A stretch of DNA of 64,000 bases from a virus. The first letter of the stretch is position 1, and each line of letters starts with the position of its first letter. The stretch lies in IMG/VR virus record IMGVR_UViG_3300025118_000005, positions 15,503-79,502 of that record. One strand, 5' to 3'. This document shows, one piece after another, positions 26,234 to 36,877 of the stretch. The position numbers and the translations under genes were made by a program. The notes under the pieces were generated by a model. It did not search any database. It saw only the letters and a program-made list of their open reading frames with translations, and had not been told where the DNA came from.

Positions 26234-28057
26234 ATGTGGTATTGTCCAGACAAATACATTAAAGACGTCCCCAACATCAACCAAGAGCTTCTAAAGCTAG
26301 AGGGGGCACTCACAGAAAAAGAGGCTAAAGTTTCTTTGGCTAAATTTTTAAGAAGTAATCTCGGATTTACGACAGAGCTCGTCTCCGGAATCAAACTCGC
26401 CCCATATCAAGAGATCACCTTAAAGGGGATGATGAACCGTAATTTTTCGATGTGTGTGTGGGGACGCGGCTGCGGTAAAACTTTTATCGCATCTATTTTT
26501 TGTTTTCTTCAATGTATCTTTTTTCCGGGGACTAAAATCCTTATCGCTGGCCCGACGTTTCGTACGGCCAGATTCATATTCGAAAATTTAGAAAAAATTA
26601 CCGAATCTAAAGGGGCGGAACTTTTAATGCAATGTTTCGGTGCAAAATCAAAACGCAATGATCAATTTAAATGGGACATTAACGGGGGGACAATTACAGC
26701 TATTCCTTTAAGCGGAGAAAAAATCCGCGGCTTTCGTGCAAACGTCCTTGTCCTCGATGAGTACCTTCTGCTTCCAGAAGACTTAATTAAAACAGTTTTA
26801 ATGCCTTTTCTAGTAGCCCCGCAAGACATGAAAGAGCGAATAGAAATTAGAGAAATGGAAGACAGACTCATATCTGAAGGAAAAATGGAAGAGTCGCATA
26901 GGATGGTTTTCGAAAATGATTCTAAAATGATAGCCTTATCTTCTGCGTCTTATACATTCGAAAATTTGTTCAAACAATATAAGGAGTGGATACAAAAAAT
27001 TAATAGCCCGGAAAAGGGGGACGCAGATTATTTTGTGTCTCAAATGGGATATGAATCTTTACCCGAACATATGATTGACCAGATAATCATTGAGGAAGCT
27101 AAAGAGGGAGGACAAAGCCACTCTAGTTTTCAGCGAGAATATTGCGCTCAATTTACTGACGGGTCAGATAGTTATTTTAGCGCTAAAAAAATGCACGAAT
27201 GTACTATCCCCGACGGAGAAAGTCCTACCTCAAAAATAGTAGGAGATAAAAATACAAAATATATTTTAGCTATCGATCCTAGCTTTTCAAATAGCCCGAC
27301 GTCTGATTACTTTGCGATGTCTATTTTAGAATTAGATGATCATACGAAACAAGGGACGCTAGTCCACAGTTATGCTGTCGCGGGAGGCGACTTGGGAGAT
27401 CATATACGTTATATGTATTATATAATTAAAAATTTCGATTTAGAGATGATCGTCATTGATAACGCGGGATACCAATTTATAGACAGTTGCAATGAAAATG
27501 GATTATTTAAAAACGCTAAAATAGAATTAAAGTTTTTTGATTTTAATAGCGACGCCGAGGGGGAGGATTATGACAAGATGCTAGTCAAATCTCGTAGGGC
27601 GTACAACAAAGAGAATGGAGCAATTTGTTTTAAACAAGTTTTCACTTCTGATTTTATTAGAAGAGCGAACGAGCATCTTCAAGCTAATATAGATCATAAA
27701 AGAATATGGTTTGCGTCTAAAGCCGTGGCTAATGAAAAAGCCTTTAACAAATATTCCAGCCAAAGGATCACTCTAAAACACACTGGAGAGAAGAGCCTTA
27801 TAGAGCTTATTGAAGGTCAGGACGCTCTTATCTATCAAACCAAAAAACAATGTGCCTTGGTTGAGGTTAAAACTACCGCTAGAGGAACGCAGACATTTGA
27901 CCTTCCACAGCACCTAAAGCGTTCTACAAGCGCAAGTAGAGCTCGCAAAGATAATTATACTACCCTTATGCTCTCTAATTGGGGGATCAAGTGCTATTAT
28001 GATATGATGGGAATGCCCAAAGAAGATATTGGCACTTTTGTTCCAAGGATGCTATAA
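26234..28057 (+). CDS. terL: Terminase large subunit
   Basis: Walker A GRGCGKT, RGFRA, Walker B VLVLDE, F.REY.A.F, nuclease LAIDP, C-terminal KD. Confidence 0.92.
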   Translation: MWYCPDKYIKDVPNINQELLKLEGALTEKEAKVSLAKFLRSNLGFTTELVSGIKLAPYQEITLKGMMNRNFSMCVWGRGCGKTFIASIFCFLQCIFFPGTKILIAGPTFRTARFIFENLEKITESKGAELLMQCFGAKSKRNDQFKWDINGGTITAIPLSGEKIRGFRANVLVLDEYLLLPEDLIKTVLMPFLVAPQDMKERIEIREMEDRLISEGKMEESHRMVFENDSKMIALSSASYTFENLFKQYKEWIQKINSPEKGDADYFVSQMGYESLPEHMIDQIIIEEAKEGGQSHSSFQREYCAQFTDGSDSYFSAKKMHECTIPDGESPTSKIVGDKNTKYILAIDPSFSNSPTSDYFAMSILELDDHTKQGTLVHSYAVAGGDLGDHIRYMYYIIKNFDLEMIVIDNAGYQFIDSCNENGLFKNAKIELKFFDFNSDAEGEDYDKMLVKSRRAYNKENGAICFKQVFTSDFIRRANEHLQANIDHKRIWFASKAVANEKAFNKYSSQRITLKHTGEKSLIELIEGQDALIYQTKKQCALVEVKTTARGTQTFDLPQHLKRSTSASRARKDNYTTLMLSNWGIKCYYDMMGMPKEDIGTFVPRML

Positions 28058-28076
28058 TTAGTGTACTTATAAAAAG

Positions 28077-30197
28077 ATGAAAACAGGTCAAAATAGCTCA
28101 AAAAAGATCAAGCCAGAACCAAAGACCAAAACCCCAAGAAAAAGGGCGTCAAAACCTGATACTTCCGGTCAGCCTTTAATGGCAATGCATTCAAGCACGG
28201 CGGCAACGACGACTAGAACCAGACGAAATAAAGCGGCAGGGATACAGCAGACTGATAGATTTGTAAACATTGATAAAGGTATGGTGCCGTTTAATTATAG
28301 CACGACTGGGTATGGAAACAAAACCTCCAATATTGATGTAAGAGACGCCGTGGTTTTATGTCAAAAAGCCTATTATAATTTTTCTGTATTTAGAAACGCT
28401 ATCGATATGATGGCAGAGTTTTCTTGTAGTGACATTTATCTTACGGAAGGAACGAAAAAGTCTAAAGAGTTTTTCTCCACTTTATTTAGCAAGGTTAATA
28501 TGTGGAGCCTTCAAGATAGATTTTTTAGAGAGTATTATAGGAGTGGGAATGTTTTTGTATATAGATTTGATTCTAAAATTTTAAAATCTGATTTAAATAA
28601 AATGACTCGTACTTTCGGGCTATCCGCAGCAAATCAAAAGTATATTATCCCAGCTAGATACGTTGTCTTAAACCCCGCAGATATCCAAGTGGGAGGAAAT
28701 ATCTCTTTCGCTGTTAATAAATATTATAAACGAATAAACGGCTATGAACTGTCAAGGCTTAGGAACCCGAGAACCGAAGAAGATAAAGAGGTCTACAATG
28801 GTCTAGAGCCGGAGCTTCAAAAAGAAATCAAAACAAATAGTGAGGTCGCCATCCCCCTTAATGAAGAAAAAATTAATGCGGTCTTTTATAAAAAGCAAGA
28901 TTACGAACCGCTTGCGGTTCCTATGGGCTACCCAGTGCTGGACGATATTAACTGGAAAGCGGAAATGAAAAAAATGGATATGGCCGTTTCTCGGACCATG
29001 CAGCAAACCATTCTTCTTGTAACGATGGGCACAGACCCAGATAAAGGGGGAGTTAACCAACAAAATCTAGCGGCCATGCAAGACTTGTTTACAAATGAAT
29101 CTGTCGGTCGAGTTTTAATTGCAGATTATACTACCAAAGCGAGCTTCGTGGTTCCGGAAATTGGAAGTATCCTTGACCCCAAAAAATACGAAGTCGTTGA
29201 TAAAGATATAGCCATGGGTCTTAGCGCCATTATCACAGGCGGAACAGAAAAATTTGCTAATCAATCAGTAAAGATAGAAATGTTTGTTGCTAGATTAAGA
29301 CAAGCACGGAAAGCGTTTTTAAATCAATTTCTTATGCCAGAGATTAAAAGGATAGCGAAAGACTTAGGCTTTAAAGGTTATCCTACCGCACACTTTCATA
29401 AATTGTCGATAAAGAATGATCCAATTCTTGCTAGAATTTACGCTAGGTTTGTTGAGATGGGAATTATGACTCCGGAAGAAGGCATGCAAGCTATTGAAAG
29501 TGGTAGGCTGCCGTTAAGTGAAGAGTCTGTAGAGTCTCAACAAGAATATAAAAAGTTGAGAAGTAAAGGTCTTTATGAGCCCATGGTGGGCGGGCCAGAA
29601 ACTCAAAAAGACTTGTCGGATAGAACGCAAAAAGGGCAGATGGATCTTCAAAAAGAAAATATTAAGTCGCAAGAGAAAATGAATAAAGAAAAGATGAAAA
29701 GCGACGAAAAGAAGGCCGCACAAAAACCAGCAGGAGTGACGCCTCAAAAAAACGGAGCAAAGCCTGCGCCAAAGACAAAAAACGGACCGGCTGGAAGACC
29801 CGGAGGAACAAGCTCTCCTCAAACAACTAAAAAAGTATCTCCCATAGGGGCAAAATATACCAAGGACGGTAAGGCATATAAATCATATAATTTCTTACTA
29901 ACTAAAGTTAAAGACTGCTTTATTGAAGCGGATAAGCTTAATAAGAAAGTAGAAACCTCATTAAAAAGAAAGCATAAAGTAAAAGAACTAAGTGAAGATC
30001 AAAGAGCTATCGCTTTTGATATAACCAAAATAATTGTCGCTAACGAAGAGCCGAAGAACTGGAGCAGAAAAGCTAAAGATTATATAAAGAATCCGATAGA
30101 CACGAATCCAGACAGAATTAAAGAAATTCAAATTATAGCAGCCGAGCATCAAGTCGATGATTATTTAGCCAGCATTTTATATATAAGCAAAGAATAA
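28077..30197 (+). CDS. Portal protein
   Basis: Directly after terL; AYY....RNAID.M.EF, EYYRSGNVF.Y portal-like motifs; low-complexity tail with GRP. Confidence 0.8.
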   Translation: MKTGQNSSKKIKPEPKTKTPRKRASKPDTSGQPLMAMHSSTAATTTRTRRNKAAGIQQTDRFVNIDKGMVPFNYSTTGYGNKTSNIDVRDAVVLCQKAYYNFSVFRNAIDMMAEFSCSDIYLTEGTKKSKEFFSTLFSKVNMWSLQDRFFREYYRSGNVFVYRFDSKILKSDLNKMTRTFGLSAANQKYIIPARYVVLNPADIQVGGNISFAVNKYYKRINGYELSRLRNPRTEEDKEVYNGLEPELQKEIKTNSEVAIPLNEEKINAVFYKKQDYEPLAVPMGYPVLDDINWKAEMKKMDMAVSRTMQQTILLVTMGTDPDKGGVNQQNLAAMQDLFTNESVGRVLIADYTTKASFVVPEIGSILDPKKYEVVDKDIAMGLSAIITGGTEKFANQSVKIEMFVARLRQARKAFLNQFLMPEIKRIAKDLGFKGYPTAHFHKLSIKNDPILARIYARFVEMGIMTPEEGMQAIESGRLPLSEESVESQQEYKKLRSKGLYEPMVGGPETQKDLSDRTQKGQMDLQKENIKSQEKMNKEKMKSDEKKAAQKPAGVTPQKNGAKPAPKTKNGPAGRPGGTSSPQTTKKVSPIGAKYTKDGKAYKSYNFLLTKVKDCFIEADKLNKKVETSLKRKHKVKELSEDQRAIAFDITKIIVANEEPKNWSRKAKDYIKNPIDTNPDRIKEIQIIAAEHQVDDYLASILYISKE

Positions 30198-30201
30198 TAA
30201 C

Positions 30202-32910
30202 ATGTCTCGAAATAGAATTATCCATAATATACAAAATGTATTCGTGGGTTCTCCCGAGGACGAGACGGATAATTTGATTACTGGTATCGCTGGACACCAA
30301 GTCTTAAAACGCTTAAACAAAGTCCAGTCTATCAATTACAATATCGATCTACCTAAGGGTGATGCTGCCGTCTTAGGAAAATCCATTCCCTTTTCAAGAA
30401 AAGCAGATCAACCAGCGGAGGTCGGTCTTAGCATAGACTATTTATTAGACGGGGTTAATAACGAAAAAAGAATAGGCTTAAACACAGACAACGAAAACGA
30501 AAATTCTGTTGACCGTAATAAGTCCATAGTTCACGATATGGCTACGGTGGGCACGAAGGACAAAAGAAATCTTTACTTGGTAGTTAATAATAAAGAGGGA
30601 GATATTAAACAGGGGAACTGGGATAGGGATATTATTTATACTTCAGATTTTAGTACGGATACTGATGGTTGGGGACAAAGTAATGGAACTAAGAGTCGTG
30701 TGGATCTGTACGGTGGGGAAACTAACGTGTTCAGGAGTAAAGGAAACACTACCGAAGATCCGCATGATGCATGGAAGCAGTATTTGTTCACGGTGGGGAA
30801 AAGATACAAAATATCAGGTAAATTTTATATTTCTGGCGGCAGCACTACTTATAAAGGAATGGTTATATACTTGGGATCGCAGAGCTCATATGAGGGCCAG
30901 AAGTTTCATTTCACGAAAACCTCGTCACCTTGGACTCCTATAACTATAGCAACATGGGTAGATTTTGAGTTTGAAGTTATTGCCGGTCACGAGAATATTT
31001 ATTTTTACCCTGTAGATACTAACGGACTCTCAGACTTCGCAGCGACAACCTCGGATGAATTTGGACTTAAAGATATTGTAGTAACAGAAATATATTCAAC
31101 TGACATTCCTCATGATGGATTTTATAATGGGACATTTGGTGAACTTGATGTTATCGATCCCAATAGCGCGGATTACTCTACCGTAATTTTTCAAAATTGT
31201 TACCTTACTAAATACGCTTTAAACTTAGAGGTCGGTTCTCTCCCCAATGTAAGTTTAGATTACGTCGGAGAAAACATAGTGGGTTACGCTTCCGGCAGTG
31301 GAGTTAATATTCCTTATTTGGATTTAAAAAAGGGAGAGATAACGAATACTGCTGCTAGTGTTTATACTTCAGATTTTAGTGCTAGCAAAGATGAATGGGA
31401 AGGAATTAGCCTTTCTGTGCTTGAAAATTATTCTTCTGAATCTACAGACGAGGGCTTTTCCTTATGCGCTAGGGCAGATACCTGCGCCGCAGGGTGCTCT
31501 CACTATATACGTCGTGATGACGTATTTGAGGCTGGAAAAAAATATAAAGTATCAGGGAAAATTCTTATAGCTAATACGTCTGCGAATATAGACTATGTGC
31601 GAGTTATTACTGCTGACACTGAAATTGCGAGAGTAACTGTAAAAAATTCGTGGGAAAGCTTTTCTGCTGAAGTTGCGGTATCAACCGCTTATGACCTACA
31701 GTCCTTATTTTTCACTACGCACAAGTCGAACGGCAGTCAGATTTATACTGGTGGAAGCACCACAAGTACATATGATGCATTTTATGTTGCAGATATTGTA
31801 GTAACAGAAGTCAAAGAATTCATTGTCCCACGAAATTTTAGTGAAGCTGCTCTTTATGATAACGATTTTTTTGTAGCTCATGGAGATATTGGTATCACAA
31901 TTAGTCAAACGGACTTGAACTATACTTCTGACTGGAGCAAGGGGTCGGTGAATACAACGATCAATACTGATGGATGGGTTAGCGACGATGAGTTATTAGC
32001 TAATCATGACGGAGTAGCCGGAGAAGACGATACGCTTTGGATAAGGGGACAAGGTACGGACGGTAATCATTTTACATATAAGAACGGCGTGTTCGTGAAG
32101 GGAGAAAAATACAAAATAAGCGGTAAAATATACCTCGAGTCCTCATCAGTATCATATAAAAAAGTTGAAGTTATAAATGGAGCCACTTGCGGAGAAAATG
32201 TTATATTTTCGTTCGATGAAACGTTATCAGATCAATGGGTGACTTTTGAAAAAGAATTCGTTGCTACTCAAGAGAATCTTCAAGTCAGATATCTTACGCT
32301 GCAAGGTGCCACTTATATATGTTCATTTTTAGACGTAGACTATACTTCCGCACAAAAGGACAGTATTTATCTTAAGGACTTTATAATAACGTCCCTGACT
32401 CAAACCACCGGGTTCTATGATAATCATATCACAAGTTGTAGTATTTCTTCGAACTTTAATAGAGATAAAATAAGTTATATCGGTCACAAAATGGTCTCAG
32501 ATAGACCGATACAACTACCTGCGGGAGCAGAGCTATCCTTTAGCACTACAGCTAAAGATAATATATCTGGCTCTTTTTTAGACGACATGAGGTTAGATAA
32601 GGAGTATAATATAACGGTAGAGTTTAAGCACCACCCAAAGGAAAATCCGACGGATAACGTGTTAGCTAGATATATTTTGTCTGGGGCCAAGTTCGACGGT
32701 ATAGATTATAGCAGCGCGATAGGAAGCAATAAGACTGCCAATATGAATTTTTCAACATACATGGACCTTGAGGCGGGAAGAAGCTGCGGACTTTTTATAA
32801 GTGGAAAAGTAACCACGGCGGTTGCAGATTTGATAACAGAAAATGGAGATAACGTTACTGATAATAATTCTAATGAAATTATATCAATGCCGGTGTATCC
32901 ACAATACTAA
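30202..32910 (+). CDS. Tail tube-like virion protein with three inserted beta-sandwich repeats
   Basis: Three YTSD[FW]S..[DE]W...KYK[IV]SGK...W..F repeats set in a backbone with tube-like patterns (F.NCYL..Y). Confidence 0.5.
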   Translation: MSRNRIIHNIQNVFVGSPEDETDNLITGIAGHQVLKRLNKVQSINYNIDLPKGDAAVLGKSIPFSRKADQPAEVGLSIDYLLDGVNNEKRIGLNTDNENENSVDRNKSIVHDMATVGTKDKRNLYLVVNNKEGDIKQGNWDRDIIYTSDFSTDTDGWGQSNGTKSRVDLYGGETNVFRSKGNTTEDPHDAWKQYLFTVGKRYKISGKFYISGGSTTYKGMVIYLGSQSSYEGQKFHFTKTSSPWTPITIATWVDFEFEVIAGHENIYFYPVDTNGLSDFAATTSDEFGLKDIVVTEIYSTDIPHDGFYNGTFGELDVIDPNSADYSTVIFQNCYLTKYALNLEVGSLPNVSLDYVGENIVGYASGSGVNIPYLDLKKGEITNTAASVYTSDFSASKDEWEGISLSVLENYSSESTDEGFSLCARADTCAAGCSHYIRRDDVFEAGKKYKVSGKILIANTSANIDYVRVITADTEIARVTVKNSWESFSAEVAVSTAYDLQSLFFTTHKSNGSQIYTGGSTTSTYDAFYVADIVVTEVKEFIVPRNFSEAALYDNDFFVAHGDIGITISQTDLNYTSDWSKGSVNTTINTDGWVSDDELLANHDGVAGEDDTLWIRGQGTDGNHFTYKNGVFVKGEKYKISGKIYLESSSVSYKKVEVINGATCGENVIFSFDETLSDQWVTFEKEFVATQENLQVRYLTLQGATYICSFLDVDYTSAQKDSIYLKDFIITSLTQTTGFYDNHITSCSISSNFNRDKISYIGHKMVSDRPIQLPAGAELSFSTTAKDNISGSFLDDMRLDKEYNITVEFKHHPKENPTDNVLARYILSGAKFDGIDYSSAIGSNKTANMNFSTYMDLEAGRSCGLFISGKVTTAVADLITENGDNVTDNNSNEIISMPVYPQY

Positions 32911-32921
32911 AGGAATTAAAA

Positions 32922-34037
32922 ATGGCGCAAATTAAATTAAGAAACGTAAATCCAGTAGTCTTTAATTATAACGTGGGCTTAGGCGATATCAACCCGGACG
33001 AAAAGCTGGTTATTAATGATGGGAATCTCCGCTTCGACCATGGAAACGACGGAAGCGGACTTCGGTTTAAGTCTAGCTCTAGCTCCGGTAATAAAAGTTC
33101 AATCCGCTGGATAAATCAATCAGACACAGAAGTATTTAAACTGACTGTCGATCCAGACGGCAATAAAACAGATAAATTCACACTAAACGCTGGAGCAGTC
33201 GATTGCGTTACATTTTTACAGGACGGTAAGACCGGTTTGGGCAAAGACGACCCTCAAGTAAGATTGCACGTTAAGGACGGAGGCACTGAAACTGTAAGGT
33301 TCGAAAGTACTTCTGATCCTTCGTGGCTGCGCTTGACAAATAGCGCTGGGTTTGCTCAGTTAGGGGCTCGAGGGAATGATATAGAACTTGCTCCGGCTGG
33401 TAGTCCAAAGTTTTATTTTAAAGAAGCTGGAAAGCTCGGTATCAATACGGGGGGCGCTCCAGATTCAGCATTGCATGTCGTAGGAGACTCTATTCGTATA
33501 AATGATCAAGAAAGTGATGCGAGCAGTAGACTTTTTCTTAGTGAGGGCAACTATGAAGGTAAATATGGATTTTCTTTGTTATATGCAGGATCAGCGAATC
33601 CAACACTAGATTTAACGACCTTCGCGTCTGAAGCGAACACTTTTAGTATAGTAAGGCATGATAATAATGCAATTGGCGAAAGCGTACTTGAGATAGCAAG
33701 GGGGTCAGGTAAAGTTACCATAAGAGAAGAGCTTGAAGTAGACGGAGACATTCAGGCGGGGGGGAATATATTAGAAAGCGGCTCCTCGTCTAATGCGGGG
33801 TCGCTATATATCTCTGGAGGAAACGCCACAAACACCGGCGGCAGCATTGTCCTGTGTGGGTCTTCTCACACGACGAAAACAAACGTCGTCGAGATTAGAA
33901 AGGGGTCTATTGTTATGCTGCAAATTACCGCCGATGGCAAACTTAATATTCCTCTTGCAAATCTACCTAGCTCAAATGACAATCTTGCTCAAGGAGATTT
34001 ATGGAAAAATGGAGAGTCTTTACAAGTTAAGGTTTAA
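32922..34037 (+). CDS. Tail fibre/spike-like protein
   Basis: G..G[LI]...P...LHV fibre repeats. Confidence 0.65.
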   Translation: MAQIKLRNVNPVVFNYNVGLGDINPDEKLVINDGNLRFDHGNDGSGLRFKSSSSSGNKSSIRWINQSDTEVFKLTVDPDGNKTDKFTLNAGAVDCVTFLQDGKTGLGKDDPQVRLHVKDGGTETVRFESTSDPSWLRLTNSAGFAQLGARGNDIELAPAGSPKFYFKEAGKLGINTGGAPDSALHVVGDSIRINDQESDASSRLFLSEGNYEGKYGFSLLYAGSANPTLDLTTFASEANTFSIVRHDNNAIGESVLEIARGSGKVTIREELEVDGDIQAGGNILESGSSSNAGSLYISGGNATNTGGSIVLCGSSHTTKTNVVEIRKGSIVMLQITADGKLNIPLANLPSSNDNLAQGDLWKNGESLQVKV

Positions 34038-34076
34038 TAAATTTGACATTTTTTATAAAAGTGCTATAATATAATT

Positions 34077-34268
34077 ATGGCAGAAGATACTGATAAAAAG
34101 TTGGGGATAGAAGAATCATTTAATCTCATAGTCCAACTAGCTAGAAATGCCAAGCTTTCTTGGAACGAGCACAGGCAGGTTCACGCAGCGGTTGAAGTCG
34201 TTTACAACGCATTAAATGATAAAAAAACCTCAGCGCAAGAAGCTTTCGAAGAAGAGCAAGAGGAATAA
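34077..34268 (+). CDS. Small protein under its own sigma70 promoter
   Basis: TTGACA(34043)-16-TATAAT(34065), leaderless. Confidence 0.6.
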   Translation: MAEDTDKKLGIEESFNLIVQLARNAKLSWNEHRQVHAAVEVVYNALNDKKTSAQEAFEEEQEE

Positions 34269-34291
34269 TCTAGCATTATCCATAAATAAAG

Positions 34292-34326
34292 AAGGGGGCC
34301 TCCTTTTGGGGGGGGGCCCTTTTCTT
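34292..34326 (+). terminator. Rho-independent terminator
   Basis: AAGGGGGCCTCCT/GGGGGGGGCCCTT stem then TTTCTT. Confidence 0.8.
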
Positions 34327-34382
34327 ATGTAAAGCTAGGTAAAGTTTTACTTTTTATAGAAAAATAGGGTGTAGTATAATAT

Positions 34383-34571
34383 ATGCTGAGTTATCCGGAA
34401 ATCCGTGGCGTCCTTGCCGAACTCGAAGAAGAATATTCATTTCAAAAAAAACATCCGCAAAGCGAAAACTTTGCTGTCAATGCCCGATACGTTATTGCCA
34501 TAGTCGATCGTCGTATACGAGAAAAAATTAAAAGTAAATACGATAGCGGCGGAGAAAGAATACAATTTTAA
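34383..34571 (+). CDS. Hypothetical protein
   Basis: GTGTA motif at 34369. Confidence 0.55.
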   Translation: MLSYPEIRGVLAELEEEYSFQKKHPQSENFAVNARYVIAIVDRRIREKIKSKYDSGGERIQF

Positions 34572-34574
34572 ATT

Positions 34575-35012
34575 ATGAAAAACCTACTACTTAAATTTAA
34601 AGGCTATCTAGGCTCCGCATGGAACTATACTCTAAATCACTACCTATGCGTTTGTGCCGTTTTAATTACCTCTATTTGTTTCATGGGATATAACTTAAAA
34701 ATAAGAGCAGACTATGAAAAAAGACTGTCAGCCTTAGCAAATGATCGTGTTGAGGCTCTGGGCCTGATAGGAAATCAATCTGAAGCTTTATCGCTACAGG
34801 GAGAAGCTCTAAGTAGCCAGCGCAGCGCACTTAATGATCAGTCAGAACTAATGAGCCGGATGATAAAGATAATTAACGAACACAGAGCGACCATTATCCA
34901 ACAAGATCAAGTGATCCAAGAGCTAGTAAAAAGACTTCGGGCGCTAGGAGGCTTACCAGAAGTGCCGCCCGTGGATAAAGGCAAGTGGATTATTTTTAAT
35001 GAATCTTCGTAA
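34575..35012 (+). CDS. TM plus coiled-coil protein (i-spanin-like architecture)
   Basis: N-proximal TM helix followed by heptad-rich region. Confidence 0.5.
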   Translation: MKNLLLKFKGYLGSAWNYTLNHYLCVCAVLITSICFMGYNLKIRADYEKRLSALANDRVEALGLIGNQSEALSLQGEALSSQRSALNDQSELMSRMIKIINEHRATIIQQDQVIQELVKRLRALGGLPEVPPVDKGKWIIFNESS

Positions 35013-35268
35013 GCTAGATAAATATTCTCATTATTGGAATAAAGAAAAGACAGATTGGGCTGTTGAGGGTAAAGATGGACGCTGGTGGATTTTTCGTGGA
35101 CCAGCGTCTTCTAAAGCAAGGAATAAAAAGAAGATGAAAATCAAAAAGAAAAAAGAATCTTCAATTATTTTAACAAAGCCCTATTTTCTGCTAATAATAA
35201 TAATAATAATAAGCGCAATATTAGGAGTGAGTTTAGCTCTTAATGTCGTGTATTACTTATTGAGATAA
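34999..35268 (+). CDS. Small membrane protein
   Basis: Basic stretch then C-terminal TM helix. Confidence 0.55.
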   Translation: MNLRKLDKYSHYWNKEKTDWAVEGKDGRWWIFRGPASSKARNKKKMKIKKKKESSIILTKPYFLLIIIIIISAILGVSLALNVVYYLLR

Positions 35269-35281
35269 AAAGGACAAAAAA

Positions 35282-35932
35282 ATGAGAGACAAAAATTTAC
35301 ATGTATTAATTCACCCGGCTCTTTCGTTAGCCACGATTAAACGCGAAGTACAGTTGATCAGTCAAGCGGGAGACGACATCTCTATCGTTAGTCATGGTGG
35401 CGGTGACGGAGTTTTAGATGCGTATATGCTGGCTAAAAGCGACAATATTATAAGCTGTCACATCATAAAAAATAGTGACGTCCCACTGAGCGCCAGAGGG
35501 AGAGGCGTACTTTTACATGGTCATATTACGGCCGACAATCTTAAAAACTATGTCGTTGATTTTCTAAAAGGCTACCATGTAGAACATAATGTTTTGTATA
35601 TGGCTAATGTGGAAGCAGACGTCGTTGAAGAGGAAGTCATTGAAGACGAAGTGGTCGAAAGCGTAATCGAAGACGAATTGGTTGAAGACGAATTGGTTGA
35701 AGACGAATTGGTTGAAGACGAAGTCGAAGACGAATTGGTTGAAGACGAAGTCGAAGACGAATTGGTTGAAGACGAAGTCGAAGACGAATTGGTTGAAGAC
35801 GAAGTCGAAGACGAATTGGTTGAAGACGAAGACGTCGAGGAAGATTTAGATGAAGAAGACTCTACAGAAGATAACTTATCTGACGGCTCTGATTCTGATG
35901 ATAGGCCCGATAGTCGGATGTGGGATAATTAG
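35282..35932 (+). CDS. Protein with acidic tandem-repeat tail
   Basis: EDELV/EDEV repeats from 15- and 12-nt DNA units (about 35669-35830). Confidence 0.65.
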   Translation: MRDKNLHVLIHPALSLATIKREVQLISQAGDDISIVSHGGGDGVLDAYMLAKSDNIISCHIIKNSDVPLSARGRGVLLHGHITADNLKNYVVDFLKGYHVEHNVLYMANVEADVVEEEVIEDEVVESVIEDELVEDELVEDELVEDEVEDELVEDEVEDELVEDEVEDELVEDEVEDELVEDEDVEEDLDEEDSTEDNLSDGSDSDDRPDSRMWDN

Positions 35933-36383
35933 TCCTTACCAACGAAACTCCGAAGGATACTACGAAAGACACTATTGGACTTGCGGCCCTATTGCATTAG
36001 AAAAAGCTTTCAACGCGGTTTATACTAGAGACGGTATAGTTTTCGTTAGGGACCCTTTCCCTCGGGGAGCGCTAAGTAAAGAAATCCAAAAAAGAGGGAT
36101 GAAGCTAAAAGAGCTTTTATCCTTTTTTAATAAGGAGGCAATATGTATAACTTGGCCTAGCGATATTAAACACGTCGCTGAACATCACGGTTTTAAACTC
36201 ACAAAAATAGATGACATCGACAGCCTTGACCCCGCAAAGGATATCGCTATAGTTTTAATCCATGGTCGACATTTTTCTAAAGAATATCATTGGATCGTAT
36301 ATCCCATTGATGATGTTAAAAACTTTTATGAAAAAAAAACAGTTATTGACACTATATATTTACTAAAATGGAAAGATAAATGA
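35850..36383 (+). CDS. Lipoprotein with C39-like cysteine peptidase motifs
   Basis: Lipobox IVGC; TCGP.AL and HWIV. Confidence 0.6.
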   Translation: MKKTLQKITYLTALILMIGPIVGCGIISPYQRNSEGYYERHYWTCGPIALEKAFNAVYTRDGIVFVRDPFPRGALSKEIQKRGMKLKELLSFFNKEAICITWPSDIKHVAEHHGFKLTKIDDIDSLDPAKDIAIVLIHGRHFSKEYHWIVYPIDDVKNFYEKKTVIDTIYLLKWKDK

Positions 36384-36559
36384 ATAATCTTAAATTAATT
36401 CCACTATGGGCTTGGGCAGTTTTGCTCGGAGCGTGTATCGTCCTAGGCGTTTGGCTTGGAGGTAACGATGTCGGATGCGATGGCAATGACTGTGATGCTG
36501 GCTGTTGCGACTCTGGGGTTTGCGCTGTAGAAGACTGCTCTTGTTCCTGTAAAAAATAA
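36380..36559 (+). CDS. 59-aa TM peptide with Cys-rich tail (not in ORF track)
   Basis: ATGA overlap; MNNLKLIPLWAWAVLLGACIVLGVWLGGNDVGCDGNDCDAGCCDSGVCAVEDCSCSCKK. Confidence 0.6.
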   Translation: MNNLKLIPLWAWAVLLGACIVLGVWLGGNDVGCDGNDCDAGCCDSGVCAVEDCSCSCKK

Positions 36560-36627
36560 CTCTTGCTTTTGCTTCGGTTCTCTGTTATTGTATATCTATC
36601 CCTAGGTAGGGACTTAGATATATAAAT

Positions 36628-36846
36628 ATGAAAACTATTAAAATCGTGTGTATCGGGGCGCTTCTTGCATCTTTTTCTGTAGGCTGCGCCGTAACTCAGC
36701 ATCTTCCCTCTGTCACCCTTGGCCCTAAAGCTAACCATGATAAATTGCTTGGCGTTAGCGTCAGTAAGAAAGGTGTAGCAGTGGTTGCTCCGCTCGTTGA
36801 GGTAGGTGTCCCGGCCCCCTCTTTAAGGGTGGGCGACAGTAAGTAG
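36628..36846 (+). CDS. Small lipoprotein
   Basis: Signal peptide with lipobox SVGC. Confidence 0.65.
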   Translation: MKTIKIVCIGALLASFSVGCAVTQHLPSVTLGPKANHDKLLGVSVSKKGVAVVAPLVEVGVPAPSLRVGDSK

Positions 36847-36877
36847 AAGAGATAAGATTCGTTTTATAGAATCTACG

